Assembly: GCA_964247055.1 (NCBI GenBank)
Contig: OZ176056.1
Span: forward strand, 4,526,001-4,559,000
Length of the DNA: 33,000 nucleotides
Reading direction: 5' to 3'
DNA from: Paragordius varius
Lineage: Eukaryota > Animalia > Nematomorpha
Shown here one piece after another: positions 18,135 through 31,395 of the stretch. A program made the translations under genes and the position numbers. Within the stretch, counting starts at the first letter, position 1. Every line of letters starts with the position of its first letter. The notes beneath the pieces are model-generated. The model saw only the letters and a list, made by a program, of their open reading frames with translations, had not been told where the DNA came from and searched no databases.

Positions 18135-20491
18135 TTATGATCGACTAAATCGACGCATATCAGGTTTGTCCGCATCTTGCATAGTTAAATAGGGACTTTT
18201 TTGACTCATATGACCAGTGGTGTGAACAGCTGTCTTTTGGAATAGCGGAAGTGCGGGAACTATACATTATGAAAACAAAAAAAATAAGGAATCCATAATT
18301 TTGCGGACAAAAAATTAAAGGAAATTTTTTTGATTGTCCTCCAATGTTTTAACGTTACTTTGGTGTAAAAATGGTCATTAATTATGTTAAAAATTATTAA
18401 AACAAGGTGTTTATATATATATATATATAATTGATTTGTCCAAACTTACATACAACCATTATGTAATTTAAAAAATAAAATGAATGTGAAATCACTTTGA
18501 AAACTGTATAGTATACTGTTTAATGTACCTTAAACAAATGAACAAATAAATGAGCCAGAAAAGTATACATTTAAAGTATTTATACTTAACGGATATCAGG
18601 ATTTTAAATCAAAAAAACAAAAGCAATGTAACTTACTAAATCCTGTGCCCTTGAGAAAAAATGTTAATCCTTCGGCTAACTTTGCGGGCTATATGCAAAA
18701 ATATATTAAAATTAAATAGATATAAATAGTAAATAAGAATCAATATTTTAATTAAAACAGAACCATTAATTTAAAAAAAAATATTATATATAGTGTCATG
18801 GGTTATTATTAAATAATTTCTTTATGTAACCATTATTATTATTTGGTATTACAATTTAATAAAGCAAAAACATATAGAATTTGTAAATTCACAGCATATG
18901 ATTTATCACTAAAATATTACAAAGATTAAAAATGTGGAATATTTAATAAAAATCATTTGTACTTAATTTTACCTATATATAAGTTCATTTGTCAAATAAA
19001 TTAAGTCTGTTATCAATTCACATCTCTATTTCAACCATATATTTCACAATTCTAAAACCCAATACGTTATTTTCAAAAATCAGAGTTCTTTACCAAAAAA
19101 ATAATAATTTAAAAACACCATTTTCTTTTCAAATCTCTAAATTTTACTTTAAAAGAATTATTTTTTTACAAAAGACATACCGCTTCATTCAAGACATCGC
19201 CAACATCATCAACTTGTAGAAGGGAAGATTTCTGCTTATTAAGGTGAGAAAACATGGTGTGCACGGTATGTAAGTGAGATGCCTTATTACCCACAACCAA
19301 TAACACATCGACTCTAATACAGAAAAAAAATTCAAAACATTAAACAAAATTATCATTTTCTCTAAGCTTAAGTTTTGAAAAAATTTATGTTTATATTTAT
19401 TTTACATAAAAAAAAATAGGTTTTAAATTAAAATTATTTTTTGCAAAAACTTTTTCCTACTCTTTTAGGACTAAGTTTGACCGATTATGAATTAACTGAG
19501 ACCGCTTTATAACTACTAATAGCATATTATTTATAGAAAGCCTTAAATAAAAATCTTTAAATCATACTTCTTAAAATAAATTATATTTTTTGGCTAAAAT
19601 TGTTTGATATAGTAGAGTTAGTTCGTATTATTAATATTATTTGATATGAATAAATTTTGAAAATGTATCAAAATAACCAGCCAAAATTTGTTAATTTCGA
19701 TTCATAAAACTCAAATTAAAAGTATATAATAGATAATATTATTAAAAAATATATTTGTAAAAATAAATTACGAGTAAAATAAATTCAATATTTTTTTGTT
19801 TTAGTTTTATTTTGTTATAACATCAGGCGGTGATTATTTTCTATATAAAAATAAAACAAAATGATAAATAAATAAATTATTTAACACAAATCCCCAAAAA
19901 AATAATTTTTTATATTTATATAAAATAAAGTATAAAATATTAATTTAATTACGTCATTTCCGTCTCCAATCGATTTGAAATATCTGTACGGCTAAAGTTG
20001 TTGAAAAAAATAATCATTAAAATAATTGTACACATAATTAAACCCTAAGTTATATTTATTCTAGTTTTAATTTTAACCACTAAACTATTTTTGTAAATAT
20101 ATAGAAATAAAAAACCAAACTTTCATTTTATAAATGCTTAAATATAAAAAATATTTAGGAAATGTATTTTAAAGTTTGTTAAAAATATTTTTTTTTATTA
20201 ATTCAATGCATATATTAATTAAAATTTGATAAAACAAAAAAAATTATTTAATATTAATCCATTATAATTAAAAAATTTTGGTTCAAAAATAATTAAAAAA
20301 GTATTAATATAATTTAATTAAAAATAATTTTTGTCCTAATTCACAAATATTAACGAAAAACATTTAAAAAAGGAAATATATATATTAATATACTTAAAAC
20401 ACTGTTGTTAATTTCAAAATAATTTTATAAAAAAATGTTTAAAATATTTTTTTTCATTTTCAACACAAATATTATATTAATAAAAAATAAG

Positions 20492-20539
<48 letters not shown>

Positions 20540-23500
20540 TAATATTCTTTAAAACCGTTAATTTAAAAAAAAAATTCAAAAATATTTTTTTCCAATTTGT
20601 CACCATAAAAATTAATAAATCTATTGCAAAACAAAAAATAACAGATGATATCTCTAAATAAATATTATGATTATAAATCATAAAAAAATTCGTCCGCATT
20701 TAAAATAATAATAATTTTATATAAGATTAAAATATTTACTTTAAAAACGATTCCAAAAAATAACGCAAATTTTGAGGTCTAATTTCTTTCCGCAAATTAT
20801 CAGCATATAAGGCAATCATACGTTCACGTTGTTCATTATTTGCCGCGGCTTCCAATTCCTATTTTAATTTTTTAATAAAATTAAAAATTAAAAAAAAATT
20901 ATTTTTAAGCACTGATTTAAAGTAATTGATAATTAACGCGGACAAAACGTAAGAATATAAAGACAAATATTGTCATTCAAAAGACAACCCTATACGTTAC
21001 CTTATAATATCTATAAATTATTTAAGGACAATTGTGAAATATATAGAATTGATGGTGTTACCAGATAATATAATCTATTTTAGTAATTTAAAACAATGAG
21101 TTAGTTATATATAAAATAAATCAAGGTTAAAATAGTATTACAGCAGTCAAAAAAAATTTTGTTTTTATATTATTACCTTTTGTCCGTATGACTTAAATAT
21201 TTACTGTAATTTCCAATATTTAACTTTTTGAAGGGTTAAATAATTGAGTTTTGTTAGTTTTGTTCAAAATTTGTGCGTATAACCAATTTTTTTGTAACTA
21301 TTTATATATTTTAAAGAATCTTTTAAGCTACAGCACCTTATTTTTAGAAATATAGTATTTTTTAGGTTTACAGTATGCATTTTAATGGTTGTTTATTTCA
21401 CAACATTGTAGTTGGGCAATTGCAACACAGTGAGGTATGGAAAAAAAACAACAAAATGTTGAATAAACATTATTTCCTTTCTTTTTTCCATACACTAATG
21501 TGTTTCAAATTGCCCTACAACCATTCAAATGCATACTGTATATGCAAAATTTTATAATGATTCTAGACTCTAAAATATATTTTATTTTTATTTATTAAAA
21601 AAAAATTTTTTGCTAAATTAATTTTAACTTTACTTACATATTATAAAACAAAATTAAGGAATATTAATAAACATAAATCTAAATATATTACATTTTTTGG
21701 ACAAATCACAAAAATACATTAAAAACAATGATTAAAAAATAATATTTAAAATAAGTTATACTGATCCAAATTTATGGAAAACGAGGTATTGTTCCGCCGT
21801 AGGATTAACACCAGAATCTAAATTCCATGTGATAATCTATGAAATATATAAAAAATAAGTAATTTTAAATAATTGGAATTATTTGAAAAAAATATAAAAA
21901 TTTTAAATAGTCTATAATTCTATATAAAACATTTAGCTTTATTAATTAAACAGTTTTCGGTTTAATTTCAAAATAATAATTAAATATAAAACCATAAAAA
22001 AAATTATTTTTTGTGATTAAAAGCAAATATATATAAATTATACGGTGGATTTTTAATTTAATTATGAGGTAAATGTGTTTTATTCCAAATTACGCAACTG
22101 GAATAATAAACAGCTCTCTGTGTATACTTTAAACTGATTTTTTTTTTAAATATATATATTGATGTATATAAATTTTTATCTCTAAATTAGGATATTATAT
22201 ATGTGGCACAGAAAAATCAATACTTTTAATAAATATGCTAAAAAAAGGTTAAAACACTTCAGAAGAATAAATTTTCCTATTAATATATATATATATATAT
22301 ATATATATTAATTTAATTAAAACTAATGGGATATTTATAAGGTGTTTATATATTAATTTATTCAAAACTAATGGTTTCAAAACTTTTTTTAAAGTTAAAA
22401 AAAGGTATATTGCAAATATATCTGATAATTTAATATAACAATTAAAAGGAAATTTAGCTTCAACTAGAGTTATAATTATGTTGATATTCTTGTAAGCACA
22501 AAGACAAAAGAATTATCCAAAATTTTAATGAAAAATAGGATAAAATATCAAAAAATTTGAATATGTAGTTTAGTTTCAGAAATTAAAATAAAGTATTACA
22601 TTGATATATATATACCATTTACAGTTCAAATTCACCCTTAAACAATTCATCCCCCTCGAACAATTATTCACCCCCAAATAAATTGTGTGTTTTAAAAATC
22701 AAATATATTAGCTATATTTTTTTATATTAAAAATGAGATTTTGTTTAAAATTGTTATAATACTGAAAAAATAATAAATTATGCCATAAGAATATAATATA
22801 AAATAATTTGGAGTTGAATTAGCCCAAAACCCATAATTTATTTTTACGGTGAATTTGAATTGCTTAAGGGTATATATATAGCTATGTGAATAAATTGCGA
22901 CAATAATTTATACAAAAAAATTCAAATCCATATTACTAGAGTTAAACAAGTAATATTAACAAATAAGAATAAGATTATCAAAAATATAATAAGAGGGTTT
23001 ATTTAATCAAAGAAAAACCGTGGTTTAGACCAAAAACCCGTTTACGTGCCGTTTTTATAATTTTATTTTGCAAATTCTCAAAAAGAATAAAAATCAATAT
23101 TTTAAAGAAATACAATAAAAAAATTTCTTAAAAAAATTAATTAAAATATAATAAATAACCTTATCCTTAAAGTATTCCATGACACCGGCTGTTGTAGAGG
23201 TACAATGAATTAAAACGACCCCCATACATCTTAATGGATATGCCATCTATATTATATTTATAAATTAATTTATAAATTTAAATAATCTAAAAAACTTTTA
23301 AAAAAAAGTACAATATAAAACAAATACAAAAATCTTAAATAATATAAAATATTCCAGGCTAAAATTTGAAATTATAAAAAGGTAAAGAAGACAAATATTT
23401 GAAACACTTAGCATTTTTCAGTCAAAAGCAACATTTATAAACCAAAGACAACGTTTTTCTAGAAAAATTGAGAGAATTAGGCATTATTTATGATATAATT

Positions 23501-25087
23501 TATAAATAAAACAAGCTAGAATGCCTATGAAATAATATAAGAATTTTAGTTTTGGACTTTTATTTCATACGCATTATAGCTTATATTAGAACATTTATTC
23601 AAGTAAACGCAACATTTTTTTCGATTGTCTTTGCTTGTTAAATAAAAATATTGCGTTTGCTAGAAAAGGAATATTTAAAATATTTATTATTAAATGTAAA
23701 GCTAATTATCACAAAAAATTTACTCAAAAAAAATAAATAAGCCATCTGATGTTCATAAAAAAGGTAAAAAGAAAATGAAAAAATACCGCAAATCGCGCCA
23801 ATATATTTGCCCCGGCTCCCTCGCCCAAACCCACCACATAATTCAATCTATTTTAATGATAACAAAAAATTCAATCAAAAAAATAAAAAATATATTATTT
23901 AAAAAAAATTATAAATTTTTTTAAAGAAAAAAAAATATTTACTCGAAAGCGTCTAAAACAGAGACTAATGATTCTCCCAATTCTTGGAGTGTAGGATAAC
24001 GGAAGCTAAAATATATAATTTATGTAATATTTTCAAAATTTTAAGCAAAAAAATATGATATTTATTTAAAAAAATCTTGTTTTTAAATTAATTTAATAAA
24101 ATTTTAAATGTGGATTAATATTGAGTTTATTATGAAATTACATAAAGTTTACACATACAGTGGGAAAAAATGGTACTTTTGTCCCGCTCTTTGCCTTATT
24201 TTTTATATTATATATTAACAATTTTTCAAATTTATTTCTTTTATACACTTTTATTTTCAAAAAAATAATAAAATTTAATAATTAATTTAGTTTTTTTGCA
24301 TAAGGTACGATATAATTTCCAAGTTAACAAAAAAATGAATCTTTGTCTCATAAAAACTAAAATAAACTTTTCAGCAGGAAGTACAGGATCATTTTCGCCC
24401 TGGCCCAAAATATCGATTTCAAGGAAGGAGGCACGTTTCCTAATTTCTTCCATAGAGGGATCAAATATGAATCGGTGAAAACTGTTATCTAAGATTTGAA
24501 TGAAATATTTTAAATTTATTTAGAAATTAAGTTTTTAATTTATTTTAGCTTACGATTGCTTCCTATATCATGAACGGTTAGGATTACAGGGTGCTTTTTA
24601 ACATTTTCTTTTGTGCTCTGTAAAATATATAAAATAAATTTACTATATATATATATACACATAGTAGGCATTTAGAGCATTTTATATGTATATATATATA
24701 TATATATATATTATTTAATTATTATTATACATATATCATTGTTAAAAATGCAATATGTAATTATTTCATTAATTAACCAAATATGTATACCCCGAAGGGT
24801 TAGATAGATGATACGTTTTGATAACAAGTATAATATTTATCAAGATCCCAATCTTATCCCCTTTTACAAATGTGCACAATTTAAACATTTTGAAAATTTA
24901 AATAAATGTAAAAAATCCATATCTTGATACTTAAAACAAAATCAATAATTTACGTGGAAAAACACATTGAGTGGAAATCCTTTGTGAGTTGGCACACTGA
25001 TACACTAATAAATTATAAAATGCAGTATAGATAAAGGATTCAATATTGATTTATATTAAAATAATTTACATTTTCTTTGATTTCCAT
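18135..25087 (-). CDS. NDRG: NDRG/Ndr-family protein (catalytically inactive alpha/beta-hydrolase fold; ZK1073.1-like), 13 coding exons, 335 aa
   Basis: Minus-strand join: 25070-25087, 24954-25004, 24554-24617, 24368-24488, 23943-24005, 23787-23847, 23160-23246, 21762-21836, 20740-20858, 19953-19991, 19181-19313, 18637-18688, 18135-18259. Total 1008 nt, all GT-AG, phases consistent, one ORF ATG..TAA. Translation MEIKENCISVPTHKGFPLNVFFHSTKENVKKHPVILTVHDIGSNH...YPTLQELGESL...VVGLGEGAGANILARFA...VLIHCTSTTAG...GVNPTAEQYLVFHKFG...LLVVGNKASHLHTV...APAKLAEGLTFFLKGTGF...MQDADKPDMRRFSRS*. These motifs are recognisable as the Ndr family. A longer N-terminus from upstream exons cannot be excluded because the first exon also has an acceptor (ctaaccccag at 25090). 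Confidence 0.93.
20495..20537. repeat. (TA)n microsatellite; others near 1305-1335, 2046-2065, 22281-22307, 24690-24710, 28268-28303, 29459-29496
   Basis: Direct dinucleotide runs. Confidence 0.95.
20920..21206. mobile_element. MITE family D copy 4, in an NDRG intron
   Basis: Left end ..CGGACAAAACGTAAGAATATAAAGACAAATAT, right end TTTGTCCGTATG..TTTACTG-TA. Interior patchily similar to copy 2. Confidence 0.6.
22615..22881. mobile_element. Foldback-like MITE, subfamily E copy 2, in an NDRG intron
   Basis: TA-CCATTTACAGTTCAAATTCACCCTTAAACAATTC start; inverted ggtgaatttgaattgcttaaggg at ~22846-22870; right end eroded. Confidence 0.55.
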
Positions 25088-26299
25088 AACTGGGGTTAGA
25101 ATCTCCTCAAATCATATGGTAAAACGTATGTTAAAAATATTTTATGTGATTGCCAAATTATAAACATTTTTACAGTGCTATAAAAATAACTTTACGTGTA
25201 TTTTATTATAAATTTATATACCAATTATAAGCTGTAAAAATCATCAAAAAATTGAAATAAAATGGCAATATCGTTAAGTTTTTGATTTATGTGGTTACAT
25301 ATAAAGCTTTTAATTAATTTTTTCCAATTCAATACTCTCAAAATTAAAGTCTTTGAGGGAAAAATTGTAGTGCAAATAATACTATAGAAACCATAAATTT
25401 TAATTAAAATGGACAATGTTTTCAGGTGCTCGGTTTTGGTTAACTTTTAGAAAACGCATTTCATACGTAATCTCTGTATGAAATATCGACAACACATAAT
25501 GCTAATATTATTTTAATGGCAAAGCTAAATATTTTATTTATTATAGTTAAAAAATATTATCTTAGCAAAATAATATTTATGATAAATTCATTTTTATATC
25601 CGGGAAAAAATTTCATATTTTTGGTCTCCTTGAAAATGGCAAAGTTTCTATATAAACACAAAAATGCTGATAGTGTGAGGTAATAATTTGGAACAAGTAC
25701 TAGCGCTGGATTACACAGTCGGACGGGCAAAAAAATATCATGATATATGTATATATATTCTTTAGGAAAATATAATTAGGTCTATCATGGTGTTTTTGGT
25801 TTTGGTAATTAAGGTAATTTAGCAAGATATTTTTGTAGTGATCTATATCGAAAAAAGGCAAATATGCGCATATCTTTAAAATAAAATGGAAGTTAAATGC
25901 TTCATTATTCAGTAAAATATGAAATAAACATAAGACAGAATAATAATTTATGAATATTTTGAATTTTAGATGTGGACACCAAAAATTATAGTTGTTTTGC
26001 TCCTCTATTTCAGAAAAGCAAAAATGTGACATTTCACGATAACGGTTAAGTAGCTAAGCTTTGCTATCAACTAAAAATATTTTCAAATCCATACCTATTT
26101 TAAAAATTTAATTTTTAAATTTTTTGAATATTTCATACTTGAGGCAACAATAATCTTTTTTTTTATAATATTCCAGGGAAATTCTATTTCTTCAGATTTT
26201 GAATTTGCAGTTTCGTTTGATTTCAAATTTTGGTGTTCTAAAAAAACACAATATATGTTTAACATACATTGGACGACATGTTAGAATGTTCATCATCAT

Positions 26300-26750
26300 T
26301 GAATTATTTAGAAAAAGTGTTTTTATAATATCTTTAAACGTTTTTATACCGTTTACCTCATGTCTCAAAATAGTATAAAGTACGTTTCAACAATACTATA
26401 TATGCTAAATTCTTTTATCAAAATTTAATTGTTAGCAAAATTTTGTTAGAGGGTCCTTCATACTAAGGCATGACTTTACCAGTTTAAAAAGGGTTTAAAA
26501 TATAAAAATACTTTTTCTATATTTAATGAGACTGAACATTTCTATCGTTTCAGAATTTTTTAAAGGTTCATTTTTTAAAATTGTAGTGAAATTTATAAAA
26601 AAAATAATTAATATTTCACAGAGAGAAGACGATCGAATATTATCAAAATTCTGAGGCAATAGTAAGGTTTAACATTATCGAATTAGGTAAAAAAAGTGTT
26701 TTTATATAAAATGCTTTTATACCGTTTCCATCGTGCCTCGAAATAGTATC
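26300..26750 (+). repeat. Pair of ~80-bp diverged direct repeats (26300-26390 and 26678-26750)
   Basis: Both contain gaatta..aaaaagtgtttttata..tttttataccgttt..aaatagtat. Confidence 0.6.
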
Positions 26751-26817
26751 ATGCTTAAAAATATTTTTTAATTAATATCTAAATTTATTTAAAATTTATA
26801 TCCCACGACAACTTAGG

Positions 26818-27075
26818 AGCAAAAAAATTTGGAACTTTCGGAGCTCACATCTAAAATTACAATTTTTTAAAAATATTTTTTGCTTTTGAAATTTATGATA
26901 TATTTTAGTAATATTTTAGGAGTGAAGCATTATTTCACCAAAAATGTCCTCATATTTTGCCATTTTCTGATATGGATTTTTACCACAAGGGTGTAAACAA
27001 CATTCCTATATCATTTGTAAGGACCAAAATCATCATGAAAATCCTGATACATTTGCATATCAAAATATTTATATT
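26818..27075 (+). repeat. Dispersed repeat H copy 3 (partial)
   Basis: aaaaaatttggaactttcggagctcacatctaaaa..attttagt..caccaaaaa matches copies 1 and 2. Confidence 0.6.
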
Positions 27076-27880
27076 TCAACAGGATTTTTGTATAGCCTGT
27101 GTGTGCAATAAAGATGAAATTTGGAATGTAATTATTATGCATAATTTTTATAAAATACGGGCTATGATCGCAGAATCAAGACTGTGATCGGCTGCAAAAT
27201 TTTGATAGGATGCGTCATTAAATAACTATAATATAATTTTAAAATATTTCTTCAATTAATTTTTATCAGAATCTAAGAATCTCGTTATTTTTATTTTAGT
27301 TATAAACATTTTTTTTCATTTTTAATTTAACTTTTTAGAATTAAAACCGGTAATTTTTCCTAATTTAAAAAAATTTTAATTTAAAGTTTTAACTCCTTTA
27401 TTCGGCCACTGACAAACCACAAATTTGGGCACACTAAATACATATGCCTAACTTGAATAGATTTATTATATTATTTGGTTAATAAACCAAAATATATATT
27501 GAATTTAGACAGATATTTACTATTTTAAATGATCATTCCCAAGCTATAAAAAAGGTAGAAGAGCCGATATCGCGCGGAAATGTTAAAATATACAGTAAAT
27601 TTAAACACCATATGAATTCCATAACTTTGGATTAAGTTTTGAGGCTATTTAAAACCCATGACGAAACTTGTAAATAAACTGCTTTATGATAGTTGTATTG
27701 GTTAAAAATTAATATAGATTGTCTTCTATTGCATAAAAAGCTTATAATTTTACAATCCAATTTTTAGCGTCCAAAATTAGAGCTCCAATGGATTGAATAT
27801 ATTTAAAAATCAATAATGCTCATATGTGAAAACTGTCAAAGCCATTCCAAAAGATGAAAATTTATACGATTATACAATTC

Positions 27881-28263
27881 CAAAATATTTTAAATTTTGC
27901 GCCCAAAATTTTAAAGAATACAAAAAATGTATGTCAGTAAATTTGGCCCAATATCTTTAATACTTTCTAAATACTATGATAACATGCTAAGAGGTAATGA
28001 AATGTTAAAATTAAATTTCCAAATGAACCGACACTTTATAATGTAATCATCATAGAATGTCACCTCTGGTAAAGCGTTAAAGCGATATCATTATTCCTAT
28101 TTATCAAACTAATTAAATGTGTCACAATTAATTTCTATAAATATAAAACAAATCATTTATTAATTTATGCAAAATAATCAAATAAATTTTATTAAATAGT
28201 CAATGATCGAGATTCATCTATATCTAAAACTTCTGCAATTAAAGTTAAATATTACCAAAAAAA

Positions 28264-28307
<44 letters not shown>

Positions 28308-28665
28308 ATGTGCCCGTGTCCCCTTTTTAGGTATAAAATGCCCCTTCTAAAAATAAATACCTGTTTTATTTTCTTGAAATGACTTAATTTCCGAAATATC
28401 TAAAAAAATTAACAATAAACCGATAGTTTAATAAATACAACTTGCCACTGGTTTTGTATATTCGATCCTCGCAAGTTTGGGATTCGAATCTAAAAATGTT
28501 AAAAAATTAAAACTGTATATTTATATTTGCTATTTAAATCTTTGAAACATTTCTCAACAAAAATTTTAAATAATTATTGTGCTATATTGATTATTTTAAT
28601 AGCGAAAATACGGAATTTTAAAATCGATATCGGCACCGCATCAAAATTTTCAATATAATTTATAA
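27881..28665 (+). repeat. Direct repeat G copy 1 (~785 bp, internal (TA)n)
   Basis: Aligns by eye with 29120-29853 at an offset of ~1240 bp, including (TA)n followed by gtcatgtgccc(g/a)tgtcccctttt. Confidence 0.85.
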
Positions 28666-29119
28666 ATCTTTTCAATAATTTTAATATTTTATTTTAAGTA
28701 TAAATATTATTTTAAATTTTTTTTATGCAGATGTTGAAACTTATGAGTTTGGTTATATATATTACGCTCGATTTTTGGCTATTCTTTCCACTGTGCCAAA
28801 CTTACTAAACGCTATATGTAATATAAAAACACCGGCATTTTTAGAATTTTAACAAAAAATAACCATTTTTCCCATTGGAATCTTCCGTTTTTCAGAATAT
28901 AATATTTATAATCCGCCAACAAAACTGACAAGAAATATAACTTGAACTAAACTAAAAACCATTTCGATTTACGATATATACTGTTTTCCATTCTTTATTA
29001 TCCTTCTAATAAAATAAAAATACTAAAAACTAGTATAAACTAGTTAATTACAACTTTTTATATAAAATAATATTAATTTGAATTTAATTTTTCAGTTATA
29101 TATTAGCCTTCGAAAAAAA

Positions 29120-29455
29120 CAAAATATTTTAAAAAATGCTCCCAAAATTCTAAAGAATAGTATACAGTAAATATGGCCCAAAAGTTTAAACCTTTTTTTA
29201 TACTATGATAACTACCTAAGAGGTAATAAAATGTTAAAATTAAATTTCCAAATGACCCGACATTTAAAATTATAATCCTCATAGAATATCACCTCTGGTA
29301 AAGCGTTAAGCTATATTATTATTCCTTCCCTATCAAACAAATTTATTCTATTTAAAATATAAAACAGATAATATTTTTTTATTAATTTATTGATCGAGAT
29401 ACATCTATATATAAAATTTGTCTTATGCAATTAAATTAACAAAATTCCAAAAAAA

Positions 29456-29500
<45 letters not shown>

Positions 29501-29853
29501 CATGTGCCCATGTCCCCTTTTTCAGGTATAAAATATCCCTTCTAAAAATAAATACCTGTTTTATTTTCTGGAAATGATTCAATTTCCGAAATATCTAAAG
29601 AATTAACAATCAACCGATAGTTAAATAAATACAACTTGCCACTGGTTTTGTATGTTCCATCCTCACAAGTTTGGGATTTGAACCTAAAAATGTTGATAAA
29701 TTAAAAATTTAAATATATATCCGCAAAGCTTTAAATGTTTAACAAAAGCCTAAAATAATTATTGTGCTACATTAACTGTTTCAAAATTCGATAGAAATAC
29801 GGCTGTCAAAATCGTTTTCGGCATCGCATCAAATTTTTTAATATAATCTAAAA
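29120..29853 (+). repeat. Direct repeat G copy 2 (~735 bp)
   Basis: As above; long shared stretches such as aagaggtaat(g/a)aaatgttaaaattaaatttccaaatga and caacttgccactggttttgtat. Confidence 0.85.
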
Positions 29854-30029
29854 AAATACGTCACTTAAAAAACTTGGAAGTCTCAAAAATATCATTTTAC
29901 CTAAGAACATAAGTTTAATACAGACAAGTCAAAGTTTTTTATAAACCACTCGAATATAAACGAACTTTTTTTTATTTGCTCAAATGAAAATTATAAATTT
30001 ATGCTTTATAATAAATATTTTTAAATTGT

Positions 30030-30930
30030 TTGCTCTAGGATCGCAGGATATCTGCCAAATATTTAGTTAATAGCTTTGATTGTATCTTGATTTTATCAAA
30101 AAATAGGAATAGTGAAAAGCATCTATAATATGTTTAGGTCAATCATTTATTGGTGCCGTTGATAAACAAAGCCTATGGAAAACGGAAAGCGTTTTATTAG
30201 AAATGTTTTTATGATATAAATACTAAGGAATACCGCTATCATTATATTTGGCCGGAACTACAAAGATTGTATTGCCGATTCGGAATTCAGATGTGTTTGA
30301 ATCTAGAAATTACAAAATAAGCATTTTACAAATCATCAAATTTTAAGTTATTCATACACTTACTTAAGCCAGTATCGTGATTTTTAAAAACAGTTGGAGA
30401 AATGCGATAAACATAAGGTTTTGATAAATTATTAAGACTTAAAGAATATATAGATGATAAAGAAATAAAACCATAAATTTTAAATAAAGTGATTATATTT
30501 TACTAATTTTGATTTAGATTATTCTATGGAAATTATAATTGTATATACTTGATCATCACTTTCTAAATAAAATTTTATTATAATCGAATAAAATATATGA
30601 TTTAATTATAAAAATCCAGAAAATGTAGTTATTGATGTTTTCCCAAACTTTTTCCCTATAAATCTTTAAACTAAAATTATAGATGAATTGGAAAAAAACA
30701 ACTAACTGAATTCAAAATAGATTAATTATTACTAAATATTTGCCGCCAATTTTACATAAAAGCATTTTCAGCTGCATTGATAATAACTTTGATTTGCAGT
30801 TATTAGAAATGTATTTGAAAATAATTAAAAATGGGATCACAACTCCTCTAATAATAAATTGAAATGTGTATTTCGGTATTTTTTAAATTATTTCAAAGTT
30901 GGGTTACAAAATTAATTAGATAACATAATA
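30030..30930 (+). mobile_element. Highly decayed non-LTR retrotransposon RT fragment (L1/Tx1-like)
   Basis: Frame-broken pieces G-RRISA (cf. GRSISDN), KASIICLGQSFIGAVDKQSLWKT (cf. AIISLDQxKAFDRVxHxFLWK) and SKLGYKIN (cf. SGxKIN) occur in the expected order. Confidence 0.35.
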
Positions 30931-31395
30931 GTGAGTTAAGTTAACATAAAATTATACCTTTTTTGGACGAGTTTAATAGGGGCCTAGCTTCTAAATTAAT
31001 AGATAATTAAATATGACCACTTTAAAATGAATAGGGCTTACCCAAACACATCATGGGTAAAAATGCACCCCATATCAATAATTCATTAAAGTAAATCATA
31101 TTCTAAATTTTCTTATAAAAATAATATGTAAATGATATAATCGAAAAGATAATTGAGTTCAACAAAATGTTGGTACATTGAACCTGTATACTCATATTAA
31201 AATAGCCAATTAGCAAAAAATTTTAACGTTCGAATTTAAAAAAGGTTCAACATGGCAATGTTTTTTATGGCTGGATGAATGTGTTGATACCATCGAGGTC
31301 GATACCTTTTGCAATATTGGAAATGAAATCTCTCGAATTGCGGTTTTTAATTTTATATAGTATTGAGTTCCAAAGTTGGATCATAAACGTTTTAA

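Noticed and set aside
18989-19219. Supplied + strand ORF, 76 aa
   Set aside because: Antisense to an NDRG exon and intron; composition reflects AT-rich non-coding DNA.
20472-20699. Supplied - strand ORF with IYIYIY run
   Set aside because: Artefact of a (TA)n microsatellite inside an NDRG intron.
24296-24478. Supplied + strand ORF, 60 aa
   Set aside because: Antisense shadow of NDRG exon 24368-24488.
25713-27186. CACAGTC..GACTGTG pair as a third Chapaev-like element
   Set aside because: Only 7 bp match, flanks differ (TTA versus ATC), and no extended TIR is visible.
25225-27187. Supplied ORFs 25225..25416, 25700..26032 and 26957..27187
   Set aside because: I/F/K/N-rich chance ORFs without motifs or consistent splice context; the last overlaps repeat H.
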